From NCBI GenBank assembly GCA_043814055.1, contig JBDRKL010000006.1:26550-90549 (forward strand): DNA of 64,000 bases, given 5' to 3'. This document shows, one piece after another, positions 56,654 through 64,000 of this stretch; within the stretch, counting starts at the first letter, position 1, and each line of letters opens with the position of its first letter. The notes beneath the pieces are model-generated. The model was not told where the DNA came from. It saw nothing but the letters and a program-made list of their open reading frames with translations, and ran no database searches. A program made the translations under genes and the position numbers. This stretch comes from an archaeon. GTDB lineage: Archaea > Undinarchaeota > Undinarchaeia > Undinarchaeales > JBDRKL01.

Positions 56654-58924
56654 ATGGAACTAGAACGAACTCTTATTGTGGCAATGATTGTAAGCATGTC
56701 ACTAGTAACACCAACATTCGCCCTCCAATTTGAGCTCTACGACCAGTTCACAGGAAGGCCGATTTCAGGGCTCAAAGTTACGGCAGGTGGAGAGAGATGC
56801 ACAACTGATTACTCTGGGGTGTGCATTGTTGGAGGAGAAACTGAAATGGATAGGGTTGATGTTGGCGGTGCAATAATAATACCTGAAACGGACAAGTATT
56901 TCGGCGCGTCATTCAGCACGAGCCTGACAGAAACAGTTACGCAGAGGTACTACCTTGAAAGAAAAACTGCCTATGCAAGGGTTGAGGACTACACGCTCAG
57001 CGTAGCGCTTGTCTTAGATAGTTCAAGCAGCATGGCAGAGACAGATTTTCCGCCTTCACGAATTGGGGCTGCGAAACACGCGGCAAAGGAATTCGTAAAT
57101 CTCATGGGCGGGACTGACGAAGGTAGCATAATAAGCTTCAGGGACAGCGCTGCGATACGGGCAGATTTGACAAGAGACAAGACAAAACTGCTCGAATCCA
57201 TAGACGGCATTTCAGCTGACGGCACCACTGCCATAGAAACAGGGATGGAGCAAGCGGTTGAAGTTCTGAGCGGAGTGGATGGTGAAACCGCTGTCCTGCT
57301 CCTAAGCGACGGCTGCAACTGCATTCGAAGCAGCATGTTTTCAGATTGCAAGCCGGGCGAACCATACAAGTATTTGAACGAGTTAAAGTCAAACAAAATA
57401 AAAGTCTTTACAATCGGGCTTGGTGCGCAAGGAGATGACTTCTGCGACGATGTTTTAATCAGAATTGCTGAAGAGACCGGTGGCAAGTACTACTACGCGC
57501 CGAGCTCGGCAGACCTTGAGGAAATATTCACAATGCTTTCCATGGAGTCAAAAGGCATTGAGATTGAAACCACGAATAAGACAGGGTGCATAGAAGCTGA
57601 GCTTTCGGACAAGTACGGACCGTATGAGGGTACGTTTTCATTGAGCTCAAAGAGTGGAGCGCAGAAATGCACTACGCAGTGTGAGTTCTGCAGTTTGGAG
57701 AAAGGCCATTATGAAATTTCCTTAAGTGCTCCGTTGCACGAAAGCACAGAGCTCTCGCTTTATTTCCCTCCTAAATTGGGAATACTTTTGAAAGGGCATT
57801 TGCGCGGGGATTACTCCGGTAGCGTGGATTTTACTTTTATTGATGAAAATTCAGGAGCGAATCCGCGTGTTAAGGTAAGGCTCAAGGAGCACACCGAGTA
57901 CTGCGAGGGAAGTTGTGTGTTTGACCAGCTATTGGTTGGTGCGGTGTATGAGTTTGAAGTTGAATCTGGAGGTTATGATGTGCTCAAAGTGGATTCTGAT
58001 GTCTGCAAACTTAAGGGGGGTTTAATTAACTGCAAACCAAATCAGGACAGCAGTGCCACGGTTTACATAGGGAAGGGGTGCTCCAGTGATTTGCAGTGCG
58101 GAACAAAAGAAAAATGTGAAGATGGTTTTTGCAAAGCTACTAAGCTAAGAATCCTGTTCATACCCATGAATTGGGGTGGAAGTGAAGATGAATTCAAAAA
58201 AGCAGTAGATGAGATGGGTAGCAAGTATTTGGATCGTATTCCTTTAAAAGATTGTTCCCAGTATTTTGAAACAATAACTGCGGGGTTCGGTGACTATGGC
58301 GCGGATTGGAGTGAAAACGGATATTGTATTGACGCTAAAGTAACTAAAACGAAGTGTGAAGATAAAGGCGGTACTTTGAAACTAATCGAAAGGTGTGCAG
58401 ATCAATATGCTAAAAATTCAGTGGAATATGACTATGTTATAGCTTTAATTGATGATGATGTCTGTAAAACTAGAGATAAGGGCAACTCAAATGGATGGGC
58501 TTGGCCATCAAGGAGCAATGCAATTTTTGCAGAATCCCAATCACCACTGATTGTCAGTCACGAACTCGGTCATAACTTTGGATTGGCAGATCAATATTGC
58601 GATTGCAGTGGAACCACTTCTGCAGGTCACTGTAGTTCAAATCTGAAAGATGTAAAAAATCCTATAAAAGCTGAACTTGGGTGCGATCGTAACGGAGGTT
58701 GTTGTGAAATAAACAAAGTACAGCCATATTCAAACTGTAATTTGTGGTGTGATGGGAATTATGATATGGAATGGTCCTCTGGCAAAGGAAATGATAGAAC
58801 TGTTATGTCAAATAAGATAACTCAACGAAAGTGGTGGAGCCTTATGGCGCCTGAGCAAGGTCACTATAGCATTGCAGAATATGAATATATGGAAAATAAT
58901 TATGATAAAATGAGGTGTGAATGA
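56654..58924 (+). CDS. Secreted vWA-domain protein with C-terminal Cys-rich zinc metallopeptidase domain
   Basis: MIDAS DSSSSM, GTTAI, LLSDG; HELGHNFGLADQY; Met-turn-like TVMS. Confidence 0.75.
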   Translation: MELERTLIVAMIVSMSLVTPTFALQFELYDQFTGRPISGLKVTAGGERCTTDYSGVCIVGGETEMDRVDVGGAIIIPETDKYFGASFSTSLTETVTQRYYLERKTAYARVEDYTLSVALVLDSSSSMAETDFPPSRIGAAKHAAKEFVNLMGGTDEGSIISFRDSAAIRADLTRDKTKLLESIDGISADGTTAIETGMEQAVEVLSGVDGETAVLLLSDGCNCIRSSMFSDCKPGEPYKYLNELKSNKIKVFTIGLGAQGDDFCDDVLIRIAEETGGKYYYAPSSADLEEIFTMLSMESKGIEIETTNKTGCIEAELSDKYGPYEGTFSLSSKSGAQKCTTQCEFCSLEKGHYEISLSAPLHESTELSLYFPPKLGILLKGHLRGDYSGSVDFTFIDENSGANPRVKVRLKEHTEYCEGSCVFDQLLVGAVYEFEVESGGYDVLKVDSDVCKLKGGLINCKPNQDSSATVYIGKGCSSDLQCGTKEKCEDGFCKATKLRILFIPMNWGGSEDEFKKAVDEMGSKYLDRIPLKDCSQYFETITAGFGDYGADWSENGYCIDAKVTKTKCEDKGGTLKLIERCADQYAKNSVEYDYVIALIDDDVCKTRDKGNSNGWAWPSRSNAIFAESQSPLIVSHELGHNFGLADQYCDCSGTTSAGHCSSNLKDVKNPIKAELGCDRNGGCCEINKVQPYSNCNLWCDGNYDMEWSSGKGNDRTVMSNKITQRKWWSLMAPEQGHYSIAEYEYMENNYDKMRCE

Positions 58925-59630
58925 GATGAATAAATATTTGATAGTAAGTTTTGTTCTGTTAATGTTAACCCCTGGGGCTTCAGCTTTAATTGAGTCTCAA
59001 CCCGTCTTATATTTCGGTTTAGACATATGCAAAAATGACAGTGTTGGAATAGAACTTTTTGGAATTAGAACCAGTGAACCATATGCTCCTTCAGACGAAA
59101 CTGGTTTACAGTATAAAACAGTTATAGAAGACAATAGAAGTAACGCCTTATACGTGGAATCCTTTGATATTGAATTTGTAATCTTTTCAGACCCGCCTGA
59201 ACCAGTTGAGTGTGCTTTTAATTCTCGTAGAGTGCTCTACAATGAGAATTACAGTAGAGTGGTTCTGTACAAAGAGGATGAGATTATTTTCTCATATGAT
59301 CTTCCTGTTTACTGCAATCATGATGAATCCTGTGATGAATCTGAATCTTTTCTATCCTGCCCTGCAGACTGCCCTTCTGGTTCTTTAGATAATATATGTG
59401 ACCGGGAGCTCTATGATAATGTCTGCGATCCAGACTGTGATCCTATTTATGATTCAAAGGACTGCAACGTTACGGAAGAAGAGCTGGAGGAATGGGACAA
59501 AAAGCATAATTTTGAGTACACGCCGGAGCGAAGATTGCCTAGCTGGCTTTGGCTGGGTGTGTTCGTGGCTATAGTATTTGTGATTGTGTTTGGATTTTTG
59601 AAGGTTAAGAAAACAAGGAAGAAAGAATGA
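58917..59630 (+). CDS. Secreted, C-terminally anchored Cys/Asp-rich protein
   Basis: Signal peptide; CN.DESCD..ES..SCPADC...CDPDC; TM plus Lys tail. Confidence 0.65.
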   Translation: MNEMNKYLIVSFVLLMLTPGASALIESQPVLYFGLDICKNDSVGIELFGIRTSEPYAPSDETGLQYKTVIEDNRSNALYVESFDIEFVIFSDPPEPVECAFNSRRVLYNENYSRVVLYKEDEIIFSYDLPVYCNHDESCDESESFLSCPADCPSGSLDNICDRELYDNVCDPDCDPIYDSKDCNVTEEELEEWDKKHNFEYTPERRLPSWLWLGVFVAIVFVIVFGFLKVKKTRKKE

Positions 59631-59980
59631 AAAAAACAAATCTGTTTTATACAAAACTCGTTTGCTTGTTGAAACCAACAAAAAGAAAAATAATCATATC
59701 TGCCATAATAACTATTGTTTCCGGCTTGCTTTGTTTTGCATTTATGCGTACGTGTTGTTCAATTTCATTCACTTGTGGTCCTTATCCAATGGCTTGTATG
59801 CCAGTCGGTTGTTTTTTCCAGACCCCCTCTTTTATAATGCTGCTTTACCCAGGGTTTGTAATCTTTTGGCACTGGTGGTGCAAGGAGATGCTAACAATTA
59901 TCTTGTTTATTTTACACATACCTTACCACTATCTCATAGGCTGTGTAGTTGACTACATCTACACTAAGTTGCACAGGTAA
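59627..59980 (+). CDS. Small Cys-rich membrane protein
   Basis: LKPTKRKII, hydrophobic segments; ATGA overlap. Confidence 0.5.
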   Translation: MKKTNLFYTKLVCLLKPTKRKIIISAIITIVSGLLCFAFMRTCCSISFTCGPYPMACMPVGCFFQTPSFIMLLYPGFVIFWHWWCKEMLTIILFILHIPYHYLIGCVVDYIYTKLHR

Positions 59981-59997
59981 ACGAAAATTCAGAATAT

Positions 59998-60834
59998 TTA
60001 AACCTTCCCCCTGCTCTTCGCAAGGACATACTTGTGGAACCTCTCCTCCGCCGGCTTAATCACAATGCCCTTGCCCCTTTCTACTGTGAACGGGAGTATG
60101 TCATCGGTCTGGTGGGTCCTGCGCATCTTCCTTATGAGGCAAGAGCGGAAATTGCCGCCCTGGAACTCCATATAGTTCAAAACTATAACTGAGTCCGCGA
60201 CGAACTCCTCAACTCCAAACCTGCTGAACCAGTTCGAGCGCTCGGGTATTTCAGAAGTCATAATCGCTGTAACCCCAAGGTCTTTGAGAATCTCTGTGAT
60301 TTGGTAAATCTTCTGCCTCACCTCGTGCGGCTTGGTCAGGTAGAGTTCAAAAGAGCAGAGCGAGTCCAGCACAACGCGTTTCGCGCCGAGCTTCTTAACG
60401 TGCTCTTCAAGGATGCTCTCAACGCTGTCCTCCACGACCTGGCTCTTGTCCACGAACCGCGTCGGGTTTGTGTAAACGATTTCGAGCTTGCCATCTTTCT
60501 CATACTTTGTTGGGTCAAGTCCAACATCTTTCATGTCAAGGCGGATTTCACTCGGCCTCTGCTCAAGGCTGAGCAGAACTCCTGGCTCGCCGAGCTTTGC
60601 GCCGTGGTAGAGAAATTGTGAAGAGAAAAGAGTTTTGCCTGAGCCGCAGCCGCCAGCTACGAGGTTCACTGAGCCAGGGATAAATCCGCCCTCAATCTGC
60701 TCGTCAAGCCCGTGAATTCCTGTTTCAACGCGACCCTTCGGAAGACTTCTCGCCTTTAGCTCTCCACCATTTCCATGCTCTTCTTTTTTCGCCTCTTTGG
60801 CGTCTTCCTTCTTCGCCTCTACTTTCTTCGTCAT
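59998..60834 (-). CDS. KaiC/RAD55-like ATPase, second copy
   Basis: TGIHGLDEQIEGG, GGCGSGKT, VVLDS, EEFVADS, RKMRRT. Confidence 0.9.
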   Translation of the reverse strand: MTKKVEAKKEDAKEAKKEEHGNGGELKARSLPKGRVETGIHGLDEQIEGGFIPGSVNLVAGGCGSGKTLFSSQFLYHGAKLGEPGVLLSLEQRPSEIRLDMKDVGLDPTKYEKDGKLEIVYTNPTRFVDKSQVVEDSVESILEEHVKKLGAKRVVLDSLCSFELYLTKPHEVRQKIYQITEILKDLGVTAIMTSEIPERSNWFSRFGVEEFVADSVIVLNYMEFQGGNFRSCLIRKMRRTHQTDDILPFTVERGKGIVIKPAEERFHKYVLAKSRGKV

Positions 60835-61024
60835 AGCTCTCGGTAAGGCGCTGAGCTATTTAAGTTTTATCAAATTGCTGGTGTGTGCGCTTATGCATTA
60901 TTCTGTTCAAAATATTGCAGTTTTCTAAGTTTTTATCCAAAAATTCAGAGAAACATTTATATATTTCGCTCTTCAAAAATACTGTTGGTAGAAGACGCCT
61001 CTCTTTCCCCTTTCCACCACCGCG

Positions 61025-61232
61025 TCGCAAATCGCCAAAAGTGATTTGCACACACACACGCAGATTCACTCGTGAATCGCGCAACCCGCTGTTGCGGGTC
61101 TGCGTTCGCGTGTGTGCTGTTTCTACCACTCAACTTCTAGCGAAGTTGACACACACCCGCGACAGCGGGTGGTGCAACACGCTAACGCGTGTTTGCACGC
61201 TGTCCTGCATCAAATTTGTGAAGCTGCAGGAC
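61025..61232. repeat. Cluster of nested palindromes related to the tRNA-Trp intron insert
   Basis: 61155-61201 matches 24585-24630 (3 substitutions, 1 indel); 61082-61099 is an exact inverted copy of 24585-24602. Confidence 0.75.
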
Positions 61233-61267
61233 TACTGAGTTATTTCTTCGGAATCCAAAACTAAATT

Positions 61268-62236
61268 TTACTTATCGCGGTTGATTACAAAATCAGCGAA
61301 TTCTAAAAGTGATTTTTTCGCTGCAGAGTCCTTCAAAACTCCAAGTGATTTCTTCGCATTCTCAACAAGCTCCATTGCTCTTTTCTTGCCGTACTCTATT
61401 GAGCCTGTTTTCTCAAGAATCGCAACTGCCTCTGCAACTTCCTTGTCCGAGGTTTCGTTTGAGTCAAGAATCTCAATCAATCTCTCCTTGTCCTTGCCGC
61501 TGGAGTTTTCAAGCGCGTGGCAAACAATACTTGTTCTTTTCCCGCGCTTTATGTCAGAGCCGTGCGTCTTTCCGGTGTCTTTTGACGCGAAGTCAATGTA
61601 ATCGTCCCAAATCTGGAACGCCAGGCCAATGTTCTTTCCATATCTGGTGAGCGCGTCAATTTCTTTCTCCGAGCCGCTGCCGATTATCGCGCCAACCTTG
61701 CAGGAGCCTGAAATCAGCGAGCCAGTCTTGCGCCTTGCCATATCCTCATATTGCTTAATCGTGATTTCCCTGCCCTCAAACTCTATATCAAGCACCTGGC
61801 CTTCGCACACTGTCAAAACTGAATCAATGAGCGCGCCAGATGCCTTAATCACTACATCAGGTTCTGCTTTTGAATTTACAATGCTCTTGTAGCAGAGCGT
61901 GTGTATCGCATCCCCAACGTTAATCGCAGTTGCTTCGCCCCACTTCTTGTAAATAGTCGGTTTCCCCCTGCGCATTTCGTCTTTATCCATCACGTCGTCG
62001 TGAACCAGGGTGAACGCGTGAACCAGCTCAAGTGCTACAGCCGCAGGCAAAGCAATTTCTTTCTTCCCGCCCACTGCTTCGCAAGATACCATACAGAGAA
62101 AAGGTCTAACTCTTTTCCCGCCGCCAAGCAAGTGATATTCAATCGGCTCGTAGAGGCTCTTAGGGTCACTACGCTCTTTCAAAATCTTCTTAATCTGCCC
62201 GTCCGCGAGCTTTGCGTATTCAGTTAATAGTTTCAT
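61268..62236 (-). CDS. idsA: Geranylgeranyl diphosphate synthase (polyprenyl synthetase)
   Basis: GGKRVRP, AFTLVHDDVMD..RRG, GQVLD, KTG, AFQIWDDYID. Confidence 0.9.
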   Translation of the reverse strand: MKLLTEYAKLADGQIKKILKERSDPKSLYEPIEYHLLGGGKRVRPFLCMVSCEAVGGKKEIALPAAVALELVHAFTLVHDDVMDKDEMRRGKPTIYKKWGEATAINVGDAIHTLCYKSIVNSKAEPDVVIKASGALIDSVLTVCEGQVLDIEFEGREITIKQYEDMARRKTGSLISGSCKVGAIIGSGSEKEIDALTRYGKNIGLAFQIWDDYIDFASKDTGKTHGSDIKRGKRTSIVCHALENSSGKDKERLIEILDSNETSDKEVAEAVAILEKTGSIEYGKKRAMELVENAKKSLGVLKDSAAKKSLLEFADFVINRDK

Positions 62237-62276
62237 CTTCTCCCAGCGTGATTAGTGTGTGGAGCAATATAAAGGT

Positions 62277-63155
62277 TTAGGCGCTTTTAAGTTTTCTAAT
62301 CCTTGAGACAAAGAACGCTTTAATGATTCTGGGGTCACAGACTTCCCCCATTTCTAAAAATTCCTTTCTCAAAGCAGATGCTGTTCGCGCTTCCTCTTTG
62401 GTGAGCGGCTCTTTGGTGCGGTCAAATATCGTGCCCAAGGCTATCATGATTTCCTTTACTACTCCTCGGTCAGTCAGCGCCTTGACCAGCTCTTTTATGT
62501 TGTGCCCGGCGTAAAACGCTTCTGCAAAATCATAGGCAAGCTCTGCCACAAGCTTCTGGTTCCCTGTGCGCTCTTTTACTTTTGTGAGAACAGCAGAAAC
62601 CGTTTGCAGTTCCTCAACATTTATGATTTTTCTTTCTGGCTCCTTCTTTACTAAAGTAAGTTTCAGCGTGACTAGCTCGCCTGGCTCAAGAAGAACTTTC
62701 TTGATTTTTTCAGGCTCTTCATCCTTGTCAAATGTCAGGTACTTTTCTCTATCTCCATCCTCTTTGACTAATATGTTGATAAAACTCCCAAGTGTTTTTA
62801 TCGCGTTTTCCTCGTGGAATCCTATGACAAGCCGTATGCATTGCGCTGTTAGTTTTTCATCGTTTACCCTGCATATTGTCCTAAAAGCAAGCAGGCATTT
62901 CATAAGCCCATCTGGGCTGTATCTATTCACAACCCCGGCGGCAGTTGTGACAAGCCCTTCGTTACAAACTTTTGAAATATCCTCAAAAATATTGTTTATG
63001 ACCTGGCGCTCATTCGCTTTCAAGTCCTTCCGGGCATCTATAATTCTTAAATTAGTCTGGCGCACAGGCATCTTTTTGCTCCGGTATTTCCCTGCCTTTA
63101 TGTCTCTCCAAGTCTCAAAGACGTTGCTACTCATCACCTTCATTTCCGGTTTCAA
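62277..63155 (-). CDS. Hypothetical protein
   Basis: Long ORF without a recognisable motif; start uncertain. Confidence 0.5.
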   Translation of the reverse strand: MKPEMKVMSSNVFETWRDIKAGKYRSKKMPVRQTNLRIIDARKDLKANERQVINNIFEDISKVCNEGLVTTAAGVVNRYSPDGLMKCLLAFRTICRVNDEKLTAQCIRLVIGFHEENAIKTLGSFINILVKEDGDREKYLTFDKDEEPEKIKKVLLEPGELVTLKLTLVKKEPERKIINVEELQTVSAVLTKVKERTGNQKLVAELAYDFAEAFYAGHNIKELVKALTDRGVVKEIMIALGTIFDRTKEPLTKEEARTASALRKEFLEMGEVCDPRIIKAFFVSRIRKLKSA

Positions 63156-63209
63156 ACTTTAAATAACTTCCCAGAAACCATTTTAAACCCCGGCTAACTA
63201 TACGGAATC

Positions 63210-64000
63210 ATGAAAGAAGGCGAACGAGTCAGGGTAAAAACAAAGAAGCACACTTTTGAAGGAATACTCATGCCGCGCTCAGAGCTAGCGGACACAGACC
63301 ACATAGTTGTAAAGCTTGGCACCGGCTACAACATCGGGATTCTCAAAAGCGATATTGAAAAGAGCGAGGTTCTCAAAGAGTCTGAGAAGAAAGCAAGCGC
63401 GCCAAAACCCAAATTCGAAAAAGGAATGCCAAAAATTGGAATAGTCGCCACAGGCGGCACAATCAGCTCAAAAGTGGATTACAAAACCGGCGGCGTGTTC
63501 CCCTTGGAAAGCGCTGAGGAAATGCTAACCTCAATCCCAGAGCTTGCGAATTACGTTTCAATTGACAAGATTTCACAGCCGTTCCAGATGCTCGGCGAGG
63601 ATATGAGTCCTGCAGAGTGGGGCAAAATCGCAAAGGAAGTGCACAAGGAGCTCAGCAGCGCGGAAGGGGTAATCGTGACGCACGGCACAGACACGCTGCA
63701 CTATACCGCCGCGGCTTTGTCATTCATGCTCAGGGGCCTGAACAAGCCCATAGCGGTTATTGGCGCCCAAAGGTCAACTGACCGCGGGTCAAGCGACGAC
63801 GCCCAGAACCTGCTCTGTGCAGCGCACTACTGCCTCAGCGACATCGCCGAAGTCGCGATAGTGATGCACGGCAACACGAATGACACTTACTGCATAGCGA
63901 GCCGGGGCACAAAAGTCAGGAAAATGCACTCGTCAAGGCGCGACGCGTTCAGGCCGATAAATGAAGCCCCACTTGCAAAAATTTTCCCAGACGGCAACAT
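63210..64000 (+). CDS. gatD: Glu-tRNA(Gln) amidotransferase subunit D, runs off window end
   Basis: Manual translation MKEGERVRV..GILMPR..KLGTGYNIG, TGGTISSKVDY, HGTDT, GAQRSTDRGSSD. Confidence 0.93.
   Translation, partial: MKEGERVRVKTKKHTFEGILMPRSELADTDHIVVKLGTGYNIGILKSDIEKSEVLKESEKKASAPKPKFEKGMPKIGIVATGGTISSKVDYKTGGVFPLESAEEMLTSIPELANYVSIDKISQPFQMLGEDMSPAEWGKIAKEVHKELSSAEGVIVTHGTDTLHYTAAALSFMLRGLNKPIAVIGAQRSTDRGSSDDAQNLLCAAHYCLSDIAEVAIVMHGNTNDTYCIASRGTKVRKMHSSRRDAFRPINEAPLAKIFPDGN

Noticed and set aside
60860-61238. ORFs and a possible SRP/RNase P RNA in the hairpin-rich spacer
   Set aside because: The ORFs are low-complexity shadows of palindromes; no SRP helix-8 or RNase P GAGGAAAGUCC motif was seen

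Overview
64-kb archaeal chromosomal segment: archaeal-type AlaRS, GatD, tRNA-splicing endonuclease, TrpY, GGPP synthase and BRE/TATA promoters; the compact gene packing suggests a DPANN-like lineage (inference). Housekeeping genes (trpGE-trpY, endA, minD, leuS, alaS, pdaD, idsA, gatD) alternate with large surface-protein genes and several accessory modules. (1) 16.0-24.8 kb: an integrase-less, integron-like array in which cargo blocks (bacterial-type obgE + rsgA + corA; an Ig-domain protein; an ars operon; a HAD-like gene) are separated by repeated copies of the promoter and 5' end of the downstream intron-containing tRNA-Trp gene. Two unrelated cargo genes share the same 50-bp promoter/start cassette. 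(2) 37-45 kb: a minimal VirB2/VirB6-like/PrgI/VirB4 T4SS-like operon without relaxase or coupling protein, flanked by TA genes. An 18-bp motif sits directly upstream of BRE/TATA at five promoters here and at 55 kb. (3) 45-50.3 kb: six translationally coupled TrmB-family regulators with near-identical HTH regions and junction DNA but divergent effector domains, next to FIST, roadblock-like and two KaiC-like genes. The 193-nt tRNA-Trp intron retains a Cm34 C/D guide and has been expanded by a palindromic repeat family also found at 19.6 and 61.1 kb. All calls come from reading motifs by eye; no database searches were run.
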